A DNA stretch of 64,000 bases from Vulcanimicrobiales bacterium (GCA_038215615.1 JBBQQR010000006.1:60986-124985); one strand, 5' to 3'; numbered from the stretch's first letter, positions 51,567-62,603 are shown. Program-made: numbers and translations. Notes: generated from the letters alone by a model not told the origin.

Positions 51567-52226
51567 ATGTCGCGCTATATCGGACCCGTATGCCGCCTCT
51601 GCCGCCGCGAAACCGCGGCCAGCAAAACCGGCGAAAAAATCAAACTGTTCCTCAAAGGCGACCGCTGCCTTTCCAAAAAGTGCGCGGTCGAGCGCCGCGG
51701 CACGGCCCCGGGACAGAAGACGCAAGGCAAAGCTTCGCGTCAGAAAGTCTCCGAGTATGGCCGCCAGCTGCGCGAGAAGCAGAAGATGCGCAGATATTAC
51801 GGCGTGCACGAAACGCAGTTCGAGAATTATTTCCGCGAAGCTGCGCGCATTCCAGGACAGACCGGCCGCACGTTCTTGCAACTGCTCGAGCGGCGCTTGG
51901 ACAACGTCGTCTACCGGCTGAACTTAGCATCGAGTCGCGCGCAAGCGCGTCAGCTTGTGACGCACCGGCATTTCCGCGTCAACGGACGGATGGTGAACAT
52001 CGCATCTTACGTCGTGAAAGTCGGCGACGTCATCACCATCTCCGAACGCAGCAAAAAATCACCGATATTTGAGTCGAACTTCGAAGTAGCCAAGAACCGG
52101 CGCGCGCCGGAATGGCTTGAATGGAGCGATTCGGATCAGACAGCCAAGGTCATTGCGCTTCCGGCGCGCGAGCAAATCGATACGCCGGTCGACGAGCAAC
52201 TGATCGTAGAGTATTACAGCAGGTAA
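51567..52226 (+). CDS. rpsD: 30S ribosomal protein S4 (Cys-containing type)
   Basis: [25 protein letters not shown]. Confidence 0.98.
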   Translation: MSRYIGPVCRLCRRETAASKTGEKIKLFLKGDRCLSKKCAVERRGTAPGQKTQGKASRQKVSEYGRQLREKQKMRRYYGVHETQFENYFREAARIPGQTGRTFLQLLERRLDNVVYRLNLASSRAQARQLVTHRHFRVNGRMVNIASYVVKVGDVITISERSKKSPIFESNFEVAKNRRAPEWLEWSDSDQTAKVIALPAREQIDTPVDEQLIVEYYSR

Positions 52227-52328
52227 ACCACCATCCGCCTCCAGGGGCGGCACCACCGACTCTATACGTACGATCGTGGCGGCCTAAACCGCTGCGGATA
52301 ACGCAAGAGCAAAAGGACAGAGCACATA

Positions 52329-53255
52329 ATGACCGTTTTGGAAACCCCTCAAGGCGCAAGCATCGACGTCCGCGAGCGCCGGGACAACTACGCGAAATTC
52401 GTGGTCGAGCCGCTTGAGCGCGGCTTTGGCATCACGCTGGGAAACGCGCTGCGGCGCATTTTGCTGGGATCGATTCCGGGCGCAGCCGTGACCTACATGA
52501 AGATCGATGGCGTGCTCCACGAATTTTCGACCATCCCGGGAATCGTCGAAGACACGATCGCCATGATGCTGAACCTCAAAGGGCTGCCGGTGAAAATGAA
52601 CACCGACGAACCCAAGGTGCTCACGCTTAATGCAACCGGCTCCAAAGAAGTTACCGCGGCCGACATCACGGCCGACGCCGACGTCGAGATTCTCGACCCG
52701 GGCTATCACATCGCAACGCTCTCTGCAAAATCGGCAAAACTGTCGATGGAGATCGGCGTTGAGAAGGGCCGGGGTTATGTGACGGCCGACCGGCAGCGCA
52801 ACGTCGAGCACATGATCGGGCTCATCCCGCTCGATTCGATCTTTTCGCCGATCCGCAAAGTCAACTTCAGCGTCGATGACACGCGCGTTGGACAGAACGT
52901 CGATTACGACCGGCTGACCATCGAGATCGATACCAACGGGTCCGTCACGCCGGACGAAGCCCTCTCGCAAGCAGCGACAATCATGCAAGACCACTTGGAT
53001 CTTTTCGTCAGCTTCAGCAACGAAGAGAAAGCGCTTCCCACTGCTCCGACCAGCGAGTGGGACGTTCCGGTGGAAACGCTCAACCTCTCGGTGCGTTCGT
53101 TCAACTGCCTCAAGCGTGCCGGAATCTCCAAGGTCTCCGAACTTCTCGACATGACCGAAGACGAAATCATCAAAATGCGCAACTTCGGCAAGAAGTCGCT
53201 CGATGAGATCAAAGCGGTCCTCGAATCCAAAGGGCTCTCGCTGCGGGAGCAGTAG
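52329..53255 (+). CDS. rpoA: RNA polymerase alpha subunit
   Basis: PLERGFG.TLGNALRR, LSVRSFNCL, NFGKKS. Confidence 0.99.
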   Translation: MTVLETPQGASIDVRERRDNYAKFVVEPLERGFGITLGNALRRILLGSIPGAAVTYMKIDGVLHEFSTIPGIVEDTIAMMLNLKGLPVKMNTDEPKVLTLNATGSKEVTAADITADADVEILDPGYHIATLSAKSAKLSMEIGVEKGRGYVTADRQRNVEHMIGLIPLDSIFSPIRKVNFSVDDTRVGQNVDYDRLTIEIDTNGSVTPDEALSQAATIMQDHLDLFVSFSNEEKALPTAPTSEWDVPVETLNLSVRSFNCLKRAGISKVSELLDMTEDEIIKMRNFGKKSLDEIKAVLESKGLSLREQ

Positions 53256-53264
53256 GAAACGATC

Positions 53265-53630
53265 ATGCCGCACCAGATTGCGTATAAACGCCTCTCCCGG
53301 ACTGACGGGCATCGCCGCGCGCTGCTGAGAAACTTGGCAACGTCGTTCTTCAAGCACGGAAAAATTGAGACGACGACAACCAAGGCCAAACAAGTCAGCC
53401 GCGTGGTCGAGCGGCTCATCGCCACGGCAGGCCGCGGCGACGTGCACTCTCGCCGCCAGATCGCCGAATACCTGACCGAACCCGCCGTCGTAAAAAAACT
53501 CGTCGAACAGATCGCGCCCGCGCTCAAAGAACGCCCCGGCGGATATACGCGGATCACGAAGACGCGCGTACGCCCCGGCGATGCCGCGGAGCTCTCGATT
53601 CTCGAACTGGTCGATTCCCCAAAACGGTAA
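53265..53630 (+). CDS. rplQ: 50S ribosomal protein L17
   Basis: HRRALLRNL, RPGGYTRI. Confidence 0.98.
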   Translation: MPHQIAYKRLSRTDGHRRALLRNLATSFFKHGKIETTTTKAKQVSRVVERLIATAGRGDVHSRRQIAEYLTEPAVVKKLVEQIAPALKERPGGYTRITKTRVRPGDAAELSILELVDSPKR

Positions 53631-53652
53631 ATCGTTTTGGGGGCTCTCCCCA

Positions 53653-54663
53653 ATGAATTTCAAAGAGATCATCCGGCGTTTGGTTGCCGGTGAAGACTTG
53701 TCCGAGGGCGATGCGGCCGCAATCGCGGGTGCCATCATGGACGGCGGAACGACGCCCGCGCAAACCGCAGCGTTCTTAACGGCGCTGGCCGCCAAAGGTG
53801 AGACTGCCGCCGAGCTGATCGGCACTGCCCGTGCGATGCGCGAACGCAGCCTGAAGGTCGAGCACGATCTGCCGTTAGTCGCTGACGTCGTCGGGAGCGG
53901 CGGCGACGGCGCTAACACGATAAATATCTCTACGCTCGCGGCGCTGGTTGTGGCATCTGCGGGCGTTCCGGTTGCAAAACATGGGAACCGCTCTGCGTCG
54001 GGACAATGCGGCAGTGCCGATGTGTTCGAGGCCGGCGGCATGGAGCTGGAAGTCCCGCCGGCGCGCGCAGCCGGCAGTCTCAAAGAACTGGGCTTTACGT
54101 TCATGTTCGCGCCGGTCTACCACCCCGCGATGAAAAACGTCGGTCCCGTCAGGCGCGAGCTTGGAATCCGGACGATATTCAACTTGGTCGGTCCGCTGAC
54201 CAATCCCGCGCAAGCGACGCATCTGCTCGTCGGCGTAGCGCGCGCGGATCACGTCGAAGCCGTTGGCGCGGTTCTGCAAACCCTCGGGGTGCGCGCCGCA
54301 GCGGTCGTGCACGCGAGCAGCGGTATCGATGAAATCGGCGGCGAAGGGCCGACCTCCGTGTACGAGTTCGGCGATGGGGCGGTCAAACGCTGGACCTTGG
54401 ATCCGCAAGAGTTCGGTGTGCGTGCCGGCGCCGCTGAAATTCGCGGCGGCCCGGTCGCCGAGTGCCTGACTGCGTTCGAGGCGATTCTCGCGGGCGAACG
54501 CTCGCCGCGCTCCGACGTCGTCGCGCTCAATGCCGCCCTTGCGTTTCGGCTCTGTGGTAAAACTGCCGATATAAAAGATGGCATGGAGCTTGCCCGGGCA
54601 CAACTTTATGAAGGCCACGCTGCGTCGCTGTTCGCGCGGGCGGCGGCATATTCGCATGGGTGA
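53653..54663 (+). CDS. trpD: Anthranilate phosphoribosyltransferase
   Basis: GSGGDG, NIST, KHGNRS, GPLTNP. Confidence 0.96.
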   Translation: MNFKEIIRRLVAGEDLSEGDAAAIAGAIMDGGTTPAQTAAFLTALAAKGETAAELIGTARAMRERSLKVEHDLPLVADVVGSGGDGANTINISTLAALVVASAGVPVAKHGNRSASGQCGSADVFEAGGMELEVPPARAAGSLKELGFTFMFAPVYHPAMKNVGPVRRELGIRTIFNLVGPLTNPAQATHLLVGVARADHVEAVGAVLQTLGVRAAAVVHASSGIDEIGGEGPTSVYEFGDGAVKRWTLDPQEFGVRAGAAEIRGGPVAECLTAFEAILAGERSPRSDVVALNAALAFRLCGKTADIKDGMELARAQLYEGHAASLFARAAAYSHG

Positions 54664-55465
54664 CATCCTCACGCGCATCTACGATGCCAAGCGGCAGTAC
54701 GCCCAACGAGACCAAGCCGCGGAGCCGCACGAACTCGTCCGGAAAAGAGGACTAGCGCGCATGAATGCGCGGCGACCTTTCCTAAAAGCAATTCGCGCTT
54801 CACGGGGGCCCGCGATCGTCGGTGAAATAAAGCGCGCGTCCCCCTCGGCCGGACTCATCGCGCGCAATTTCGACGCAGCGGCAGTCGCACGGGCTTACGA
54901 GAACGCTGGAGTGGATTGCATCAGCGTGTTGACGGAAGCGGATCATTTTCTGGGCGAGTTGGCCTACCTGGAGATCGCGCGCACACACTCTTCGCGCCCG
55001 CTGCTCCGCAAAGATTTTCTCGCCACGCCTTACGAGGTCGCACAATCCGCAGCTTACGGTGCCGACGCCGTTCTGCTCATCGTTGCCGGCCTTGACGACG
55101 ACACGCTCGCGGCGTGCATGCGCGAAGCGGCGGAGTACGCGTTGGATGTGCTGGTCGAGGTCCACGACGGCGCCGAACTCAAGCGCGCCATCGCACTGGG
55201 CGCCGCGCTGGTCGGAATCAACAATCGCAACCTGCGCACGTTCGAAACCGACCTGGCGGTAAGCGAATATCTGCTTCCCGACGTTCCGCAGGGCGTCACG
55301 GTCATTAGCGAGAGCGGGATGCGTCATCCCGGAGACATTTCCCGACTTCACGCGGCCGGAGCGCGGGGATTTCTCATCGGCGAGGCCCTCATGCGCGCGG
55401 ACGATCCGGCCGCTTTGGTCGAGAGCTTGAAGACCGCTGTGGAAGCGCGCGCGGTCTCCCCTTGA
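54656..55465 (+). CDS. trpC: Indole-3-glycerol phosphate synthase
   Basis: EIKRASPS, LRKDF, GINNRNL, ISESG. Confidence 0.97.
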   Translation: MGDILTRIYDAKRQYAQRDQAAEPHELVRKRGLARMNARRPFLKAIRASRGPAIVGEIKRASPSAGLIARNFDAAAVARAYENAGVDCISVLTEADHFLGELAYLEIARTHSSRPLLRKDFLATPYEVAQSAAYGADAVLLIVAGLDDDTLAACMREAAEYALDVLVEVHDGAELKRAIALGAALVGINNRNLRTFETDLAVSEYLLPDVPQGVTVISESGMRHPGDISRLHAAGARGFLIGEALMRADDPAALVESLKTAVEARAVSP

Positions 55466-56094
55466 GAACCCGCATAAAGTTTTGCGGATGTACCGATCTG
55501 CAAGACGTTATGCTGGCAGTGGAAACAGGCGCGGATGCCGTTGGCATGATCTTCGCCCCGTCGGTTCGCCGGATCACGCAAAGCGCGGCCAAACATATCG
55601 CCGAGGAACTCCCGCCCTTCATCACGCCGGTCGGCGTGTTCGCCAATCCCTCGCGAGACGACATCGAGCGCGCCCGTGCAATTTTTCCCGATCTCGTGAT
55701 TCAGCTCCACGGCAACGAGGCCCCGAGCTTCGTTTCCTCGATCGACGGTCGGGTGATCAAAACGATCCATGTGGACCCGCAGTCGCCCGATTCCGCCGCC
55801 CTCGAACGGAGCGTTAACGAGCATCCACGCGCCATCGTACTTTTTGACACCGCGGCGGCTGGGCTGTCGGGCGGCACCGGCGTGCCGTTTCCGTGGAAGG
55901 CGGTCGTCCCGGCGGCGCGATTGCGCCAGGTGATCGTTGCGGGCGGCTTGACGCCGGAGACGGTCGCTGGGTGCGTGCAAACCGTTCGCCCCTACGGCGT
56001 CGACGTGCGAAGCGGTATCGAAACGTCGGGCCGCAAAGATCGCAATAAGATGCGTGCATTTGTCAAAGCCGTCAAAGACGCCGATGAAGCCTGA
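55462..56094 (+). CDS. trpF: Phosphoribosylanthranilate isomerase
   Basis: KFCG, QLHG.E, GGTG, AGGL, VDV.SG.E. Confidence 0.96.
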   Translation: MRTRIKFCGCTDLQDVMLAVETGADAVGMIFAPSVRRITQSAAKHIAEELPPFITPVGVFANPSRDDIERARAIFPDLVIQLHGNEAPSFVSSIDGRVIKTIHVDPQSPDSAALERSVNEHPRAIVLFDTAAAGLSGGTGVPFPWKAVVPAARLRQVIVAGGLTPETVAGCVQTVRPYGVDVRSGIETSGRKDRNKMRAFVKAVKDADEA

Positions 56095-57274
56095 CGCGTT
56101 AGGCTACTTCGGAGAGTTCGGAGGGCGGTTCGTTCCCGAAGTGCTGGTCGCGGCGCTTTGCGAACTGGAACGGGAAATCGAATCAGCCTTTGCCGACCCC
56201 ACGTTTTGGGGCGAGTACGAATTGGTGCTGGCAGAGTTCGTCGGCCGTCCTTCACCGATCTACGAAGCGCAACGGTACGCTTCGGCCGCATCCAAAGCCA
56301 AGTTCGTCGTGAAGCGGGAAGATCTCAACCATACGGGCGCGCACAAGATCAACAACACGGTGGGGCAAGCGCTGCTGGCGCGGCGTATGGGAAAGAAACG
56401 CCTTATCGCGGAGACCGGCGCCGGCCAGCACGGAGTGGCAACCGCAACGGTCGGCGCGAAGTTCGGAATACCGGTCGACATTTACATGGGCGCCGTTGAC
56501 GTGGAAAGACAGGCGCTCAACGTCTATATCATGCAGCTGCTCGGCGCCACCGTCCATCCCGTCAGCGGCGGAACGAAAACGCTGAAGGATGCGACCACCG
56601 AAGCGTTCAGGGAATGGGCCGCCCGAGTCGACGATACGTTTTACGTTATCGGAAGTGTCGTCGGCGCGCATCCGTACCCATACATGGTTCGCGAATTTCA
56701 AAAAATCATCGGCGTCGAAGCGCGCCGGCAGTGCCTGGAGCGTTACGGCAGGTTGCCGTCGGACGTTGTCGCCTGCGTCGGCGGCGGAAGCAACGCGGCC
56801 GGCATCTTCGCTGGTTTCATGAACGATCCCGAAGTAAGATTTTGGGGCGTCGAATCGGCCGGCGAGGGAATCGAAAGCGCGCGGACGGCGGCTTCGCTGA
56901 ACGCGGGCACCGTCGGCGTGCTGCACGGAAGCCGTTCATACGTACTCCAAACGACCGAGGGTCAGGTGCGGGAAACGCATTCGATTAGTGCGGGGCTCGA
57001 CTATCCAGGAGTAGGTCCGGAGCATGCCTTTTTAAAGGAAAGCGGGCGCGCCACGTACGTTTGCGTAACCGACGAGCAAGCGCTGAACGCGTTCTACGAA
57101 TTCGCGAAAACAGAAGGCATCATTCCGGCGCTGGAATCGGCGCACGCGCTCGCATATGCGCAAACACTTGCCGCGCAAGCGGGCCCAGAGGGTTTCATTC
57201 TGGTTAACCTTAGCGGGCGCGGCGATAAGGATATCGCGCAGATTCGCCGGGTCGCGCGCCCGGTCACGCCATAG
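56084..57274 (+). CDS. trpB: Tryptophan synthase beta chain
   Basis: [33 protein letters not shown]. Confidence 0.98.
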   Translation: MKPDALGYFGEFGGRFVPEVLVAALCELEREIESAFADPTFWGEYELVLAEFVGRPSPIYEAQRYASAASKAKFVVKREDLNHTGAHKINNTVGQALLARRMGKKRLIAETGAGQHGVATATVGAKFGIPVDIYMGAVDVERQALNVYIMQLLGATVHPVSGGTKTLKDATTEAFREWAARVDDTFYVIGSVVGAHPYPYMVREFQKIIGVEARRQCLERYGRLPSDVVACVGGGSNAAGIFAGFMNDPEVRFWGVESAGEGIESARTAASLNAGTVGVLHGSRSYVLQTTEGQVRETHSISAGLDYPGVGPEHAFLKESGRATYVCVTDEQALNAFYEFAKTEGIIPALESAHALAYAQTLAAQAGPEGFILVNLSGRGDKDIAQIRRVARPVTP

Positions 57275-57275
57275 A

Positions 57276-58052
57276 ATGGCGCTTCTCGAATCGATCTTCA
57301 AATCCGGCCGCTTGGCTTTCATTCCATATATCATGGCAGGCGATCCGGATCTGGATACGACGCGTGCGATCCTGGCGGCGCTTGCGCGGCACGGAGCCGA
57401 TGCGATCGAGCTCGGTGTTCCTTACGGCGATCCCCTCGCCGATGGCCCGGCGATCGCGGCCGCAGGTGCGCGAGCCCTTGCCAACGGCGTAACGCTGCAA
57501 AATGTACTCGCGCTCGTGAGCGAAATGCGCGCTTTGCTTCCGCCGCTCATCGTGTTCACGTACTACAATCTCGTCTATCAGTTCGGACTGGAGCAGTTCG
57601 CCCGTGCGGCCGCCGATGCCGGCGTGGCGGGCGTCATCGTTCCGGACGTATCGCTGGAAGAGATCGAGCCGCTCCGGCTCGCTTTGGGCGCGCACGCGAT
57701 CGATATGCCCCTGCTCGTTTCGCCTTCAACTCCGCCGGATCGCGCGGCCCGCATTGCTGAACAGTCCGGCGGCTTTGTCTACGTGGTTTCGCGTCTCGGC
57801 GTGACGGGTTCGAGCAAAGCGCCCGATACCGAGCCTTTGCGCGCACAGATCGCCGCGCTCCGGGCAGTCACGAAAAAACCGCTGGCGGTCGGCTTTGGAA
57901 TCAGCACGCGCGAGCAAGTCGACGCGGTTCGCGAACTCGCCGACGGTGTGATTGTGGGAAGCGCGCTGATCGATGCGTATGCGGGTGCGCGCGGAGAAGA
58001 CGCGGCGCGCCGCGCCGGTGCGTACGCAGACCTTTTGTTTAGGCCTATCTAA
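57276..58052 (+). CDS. trpA: Tryptophan synthase alpha chain
   Basis: ELGVPYGDPLADGP, GVTG, VGFGI. Confidence 0.97.
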   Translation: MALLESIFKSGRLAFIPYIMAGDPDLDTTRAILAALARHGADAIELGVPYGDPLADGPAIAAAGARALANGVTLQNVLALVSEMRALLPPLIVFTYYNLVYQFGLEQFARAAADAGVAGVIVPDVSLEEIEPLRLALGAHAIDMPLLVSPSTPPDRAARIAEQSGGFVYVVSRLGVTGSSKAPDTEPLRAQIAALRAVTKKPLAVGFGISTREQVDAVRELADGVIVGSALIDAYAGARGEDAARRAGAYADLLFRPI

Positions 58053-59248
58053 AGACCAAATTGCTCCGAGGCGCGCGTTACGATATGCGCCCCGATGGCG
58101 AGCGAAGCCGTCGCCGCCGGGGAAGGAGCATTGCGCACGTGCATGACCGCGCCGGAGCCTTCGAAAATGAAATCATCCACGAGCGTTCCGTCTGCATTCA
58201 TCGCCTGAGCGCGCACGCCGGACGGACCGGGCAAGACGTCTTGGGTCCGCAGAGTTGGAATGTACCTGCGCAGCCAGTCGACGTAGGCGCTGCGGAAGAG
58301 ATCGCGGTAGAACTCGCCCGCCGCGACTGCTGGATATTTTAGCGCCAGGCGAATGAGTCCGGGGTAGGTGAGGGTTTCCAATATCTCCGCGCCATTTACG
58401 GTGCCGAACGTGTAGCCTTCCCGCGCGAACGCGAGCACCGCGTTGGGTCCAAGCCAAACGTCGCCGTTCATTCGTGGAGTGAAGTGCGCTCCGAGAAATG
58501 GAAACGCCGGATCGGGTACGGGATAAATGTTTCCCTTGATCAGGTGACGGCTCTCCGGTTTGAGAACGAGGTAGTCCCCGCGAAACGGAACGATCTTCGG
58601 GTCGCGGGCGCCCCCGGTCATTTGCGCGAGCCGATCGGCGTACAAACCGGCGCACCCGATTAACGCGCGAGAAGTAATGGTGCCGCCGCCGGTTCTTATT
58701 TCCAGTCGGCCCGCGGTCTGCGAAATCGCCGTAACCGGATGGTTCGGCAGTATCTCACCGCGCAATGCGCGGACGTCCTCCGCGAGAGCAGACGCGACGA
58801 CTCCGTAATCCACGATTCCCGTGGCCGGTGAAAAAATCGCCTGAATTCCGGCGCAATGCGGCTCGCGTTCGCGGATTCCGGCGCCATCGAGCATCTCAAG
58901 GCCTTCGATTCCGTTTGCGATTCCGCGCTCCCACAACACGTTTAAGCGCGGCAGCTCGTCCTCGTCCAGCGCGACGATAAGTTTTCCGACGGGCCGGAAC
59001 TCGATGTTCTTTGAGCGGCAATATGACCACAGCTCGTGACGGCCCTCGATACAGAGCCGAGCCTTGAGTGAACCCGGGGCGTAATATATTCCGGAGTGGA
59101 TGACGCCGCTATTGTGCCCGGTCTGGTGTTTCCCGGGAGCGCCTTCTTTGTCCAAAACGGCGACTCGCAATCGGGGGTGTCGCCGCAATAGCTCGCGGGC
59201 GGTTGCCAGCCCGACGATACCCGCGCCAATGACCGTAACGTCGTACAC
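58049..59248 (-). CDS. lhgO: L-2-hydroxyglutarate oxidase
   Basis: IGAGIVG, HQTGHNSGVIHSGIYY, YPVPDP.FPFLG.H, NAPSPAAT; start approximate. Confidence 0.9.
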   Translation of the reverse strand: MYDVTVIGAGIVGLATARELLRRHPRLRVAVLDKEGAPGKHQTGHNSGVIHSGIYYAPGSLKARLCIEGRHELWSYCRSKNIEFRPVGKLIVALDEDELPRLNVLWERGIANGIEGLEMLDGAGIREREPHCAGIQAIFSPATGIVDYGVVASALAEDVRALRGEILPNHPVTAISQTAGRLEIRTGGGTITSRALIGCAGLYADRLAQMTGGARDPKIVPFRGDYLVLKPESRHLIKGNIYPVPDPAFPFLGAHFTPRMNGDVWLGPNAVLAFAREGYTFGTVNGAEILETLTYPGLIRLALKYPAVAAGEFYRDLFRSAYVDWLRRYIPTLRTQDVLPGPSGVRAQAMNADGTLVDDFIFEGSGAVMHVRNAPSPAATASLAIGAHIVTRASEQFGL

Positions 59249-59329
59249 GTTTGCGATCTTCGAGCGGGGCGCCGCGGAGCCCGCCCGGAGTCGTAACCGG
59301 TTCGCGGGTGTTTGGGTTATCATGAGGGC

Positions 59330-60901
59330 ATGAGCATGACCGCCGAGCGCATCGCGCCCTTTAAGAACGAGCCCATTAAAACCTACGCCGATCCCGCCGA
59401 CGCCGCCAAAATGCAGGCGGCGCTGGCCGAGGTTCGCCAAGAATTCGGGCTTGAGTATCCGCTGGTCATTGACAGCGAGCGCATTTCGACGCAGAAGAAG
59501 ATCGCGTCGCGCAATCCGGCCGATCCGTCGCAGATCGTCGGCGAAGTGGCCTCGGCCTCACTCGAAGATGCAAATCGCGCGGTGGAAGTAGCCAATCGCA
59601 GTTTTCAGTCATGGAAAAGTACGCCCGCTTCCAAACGCGCAGCCTTTCTTTTCAAAGCGGCCGAACTCGTGCGCGCGCGGCGCGACCGGTACAATGCTCT
59701 GCTGGTCTTCGAGGTCGGCAAGAGCTGGATAGAAGCCGATGCCGATACCGCTGAGGCGATCGATTTCCTGGAATTTTACGCACGCGAAGCGCTCCGCTAT
59801 GCGGAGCCTCAGCCGCTCACGCCGATTGCAGGCGAAGAGAATGAACTGATGTACGTCCCGCTGGGAGTCGGCGTGGTTATTCCGCCGTGGAACTTCGCGT
59901 TCGCGATCATGGCGGGTATGGCGGCTGCGGCGGTCGTTACCGGCAATAGCGTTGTCCTTAAGCCTTCGAGCGACAGCGCCGTCATCGCCGCATGGTTCGT
60001 CGATCTCATGCACGAGGTTGGGTTGCCCAAGGGCGTCCTGAACTTCGTTCCGGGCAGCGGAAGCGTCATCGGCGATGCTTTGGTCGCCCATCCGCTTACG
60101 CGGTTCGTCGCGTTTACCGGAAGTAAGGAAGTCGGCCTCCACGTCAACGAGCTCGCGGCCAAACCACAAAAGGGACAGCGCTGGATCAAACGTGTCGTCG
60201 CCGAGATGGGCGGCAAAGATTCGATCGTTGTGGCAGCTGATGCCGACGTGGATTCAGCGGTGGAGGGCGTGGCGGCGTCAGCGTTCGGATTCCAGGGACA
60301 GAAGTGCTCGGCGTGCTCGCGCGTGATCGTCGACGCTTCGATCTACGATGAGTTCGTCGATAAACTTAGGGCGCGTGTGGCGAAAATCACCGTCGGCGAT
60401 CCCGCCGACAAGAAAAATTATATGGGTCCGGTCATCAACGAACGGGCGCTGCAATCGATCGAGAAGTACATTGAGACCGGCACGAAGGAAGGCCGCTTGG
60501 TTTATGGCGGCAAACGTGCCGGCGACAAGGGCTATTTCTTAGAGCCGACGGTGATCGCGGACACCGCTCCCGATGCGACCATCGCGCAAGAAGAGATATT
60601 TGGTCCCGTGCTGGCCGTCATCAAGGCCAAAGACTTTGACGACGCGCTCGCCATTGCAAACAACACCGAGTTCGGCTTAACCGGCGCGGTTTACACGAAA
60701 GACGAGAAGAAGATCCAGCGTGCGAAGGACGAGTTCTTCGTCGGTAATCTTTACTTCAATCGGAAGTGCACAGGTGCGATGGTCGGCGGCCATCCTTTCG
60801 GCGGATTCAATATGTCGGGAACCGATAGCAAAGCCGGCGGCGGCGATTACTTACTGCTGTTCCTTCAGGCGAAGACGGTATCTCGAAAAACGCAAGGCTG
60901 A
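59330..60901 (+). CDS. pruA: L-glutamate gamma-semialdehyde (P5C) dehydrogenase
   Basis: PFKNEP, PPWNF, EMGGK, GQKCSACSR, GTDSKAGG. Confidence 0.93.
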   Translation: MSMTAERIAPFKNEPIKTYADPADAAKMQAALAEVRQEFGLEYPLVIDSERISTQKKIASRNPADPSQIVGEVASASLEDANRAVEVANRSFQSWKSTPASKRAAFLFKAAELVRARRDRYNALLVFEVGKSWIEADADTAEAIDFLEFYAREALRYAEPQPLTPIAGEENELMYVPLGVGVVIPPWNFAFAIMAGMAAAAVVTGNSVVLKPSSDSAVIAAWFVDLMHEVGLPKGVLNFVPGSGSVIGDALVAHPLTRFVAFTGSKEVGLHVNELAAKPQKGQRWIKRVVAEMGGKDSIVVAADADVDSAVEGVAASAFGFQGQKCSACSRVIVDASIYDEFVDKLRARVAKITVGDPADKKNYMGPVINERALQSIEKYIETGTKEGRLVYGGKRAGDKGYFLEPTVIADTAPDATIAQEEIFGPVLAVIKAKDFDDALAIANNTEFGLTGAVYTKDEKKIQRAKDEFFVGNLYFNRKCTGAMVGGHPFGGFNMSGTDSKAGGGDYLLLFLQAKTVSRKTQG

Positions 60902-60927
60902 CTGACCGCGCGCTCGTTTCGATCGCT

Positions 60928-61599
60928 GTGGCGCTTGCCACCCTGCGGCGTGCCTACGGTGCCATAACTCTACGCGAACCGCGGCAGCCCTTCGCGTTGA
61001 TCGTGTGGGAAAATGCGGGATACTTAGTCGACGACGCCACCCGATCACGGGTATTCGCAAACCTGCGAAGGACGATCGGCATAAAGCCGGCGTCGTTGCT
61101 GGCGGCTCCGGCCCGCATCCTACAAGAGGCCATCAAGAAGGGCGGCATGCAGCCGGCTCGTCGAGCCGCAAAAATAAGACGATGTGCCGAACTCGCCATT
61201 CAGTACGCCGATGGAGATCTGAAACGGGCGCTGGACGTGCTACCGCCCAACAAACGGCGAGCTCTTCTGAAACAATTTCCGGGCATTGCGGATCCAGGCG
61301 CCGATAAGATTCTTCTTTTGTGCGGGTTCTCAGACTTGCCGGTTTTGGATTCGAACGGACTACGCGTGCTCGAGCGGTTAGGGTTTATTGCGACGGACGC
61401 TTCGTACGCTCGTATGTATAAGTCGGGCACGGCCGTACTCACTTCGTGGAGCCGCTCTGCGGCAAAGTCAGTGGAAGCGTTCTCGCTCCTGCGTGAGCAC
61501 GGTCGTGAACTGTGCAAACGCTCCGTGCCGTTCTGTCCTGCTTGTCCGCTGCGCGCCGGCTGTGCCTACGCACACGCGCACGCTGCCGCGCTCTTGTGA
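60928..61599 (+). CDS. HhH-GPD family DNA glycosylase / endonuclease III-like
   Basis: HhH-like FPGIADPGA, catalytic-position Asp in VLDSN, [4Fe-4S] motif Cx6Cx2Cx5C. Confidence 0.8.
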   Translation: MALATLRRAYGAITLREPRQPFALIVWENAGYLVDDATRSRVFANLRRTIGIKPASLLAAPARILQEAIKKGGMQPARRAAKIRRCAELAIQYADGDLKRALDVLPPNKRRALLKQFPGIADPGADKILLLCGFSDLPVLDSNGLRVLERLGFIATDASYARMYKSGTAVLTSWSRSAAKSVEAFSLLREHGRELCKRSVPFCPACPLRAGCAYAHAHAAALL

Positions 61600-61660
61600 A
61601 TGGTAACTCTCTAAGCTATTTTAATGGTTATCTTCCTGAAATGCTGGTATTGTTAAGGCC

Positions 61661-62209
61661 ATGTCCTCAGCCACCTATGGGGCTCCGGCCGAGCTCGAGC
61701 CCATTCGCACTTTCATTAATAGTGTGAGCCCCGAGGAGTGTCCCGATCCGCTTGCAGGGCCGGACGACCTCGAGGGCTGGTGCGCCCAGTCGGGCTGCCG
61801 GGGAACGCCTGCGGGGGAGTTCTCCCGCCTTCGAGCCTTTCGGGAGGCACTGCGAGGAGTGCTTGAGGCCAACGCGGGCATGCGGGAGACTTCCTTGGCT
61901 TGGACCTCGTTGGAACCGTTTGCCCAGAGGGCGAGTTATGGAATGCGTATCGACGCGACGGGTCCGCCTGCGCTCGAGCCCGCCGGCCAAGGCGCCGAGC
62001 GGACGATCGCCGCTCTGCTGGCGATCGTATATGATGCGATGCGGCGGGGCACGTGGTCCCGCCTCAAAGCCTGCCGCAAACCGAGCTGCCGGCGGGCGTA
62101 CTACGACCGGTCGAAAAACGGGTCGGGCGCCTGGTGCAGCATGGCAATATGCGGCAACCGCATGAAAGCCAAGCGGCGCCGGCAGAAAAGTCGCCTTTCC
62201 GAGCCTTGA
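61661..62209 (+). CDS. CGNR zinc finger (ABATE) domain protein
   Basis: FINS, WSRLKAC....C, YDRSKN, WCSMAICGNRMK. Confidence 0.93.
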   Translation: MSSATYGAPAELEPIRTFINSVSPEECPDPLAGPDDLEGWCAQSGCRGTPAGEFSRLRAFREALRGVLEANAGMRETSLAWTSLEPFAQRASYGMRIDATGPPALEPAGQGAERTIAALLAIVYDAMRRGTWSRLKACRKPSCRRAYYDRSKNGSGAWCSMAICGNRMKAKRRRQKSRLSEP

Positions 62210-62234
62210 CTGTGGTACTTAGCCGCGGTATGAT
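62206..62234 (+). promoter_or_regulatory. rRNA operon sigma70 promoter
   Basis: TTGACT-N17-TATGAT. Confidence 0.75.
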
Positions 62235-62319
62235 GCTCGTCGTGACTTTAAACGCCGCAATGGTGTCGCAAGTCCCAATCCTCGGCGAAAGGCTCCTACG
62301 GAGCCTGGAGTTGAGGGGT

Positions 62320-62336
62320 CGTTCCTTGAAAACTGA
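62320..62336 (+). promoter_or_regulatory. boxA-like antitermination/processing-stem element in the rrn leader
   Basis: CGTTCCTTGAAAACTG. Confidence 0.65.
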
Positions 62337-62603
62337 ACAGTGCAGTAGCGCATAAGTCTGTGGGTCTCGTCCCAAAGCAGATTGCGCCGTAAGGCGTTTT
62401 TTTATTTTGGGTCCGAGAATTTTAATCAGTGCAAAGAAGAGTACCGTTCCACCGGTTCTTCGGCGCGCTGATCGTACAGTATTATGGCTAGCCTTCGATC
62501 GACGAGCTGGAAACGGCAAGGCGATCGGCGGCGGATCGATTTCGCAATCGATCCATTAATTAGTCAGCGAAAATAGAGAGCCAACAAAAGGCTCCATAAA
62601 ATG

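Noticed and set aside
52227..52328. 100-nt rpsD-rpoA spacer as a possible ncRNA
   Set aside because: Only short GC hairpins; not enough support
52284..54104. 606-aa minus-strand ORF
   Set aside because: Antisense shadow of rpoA/rplQ/trpD, expected from GC-rich codon bias; no recognisable motifs
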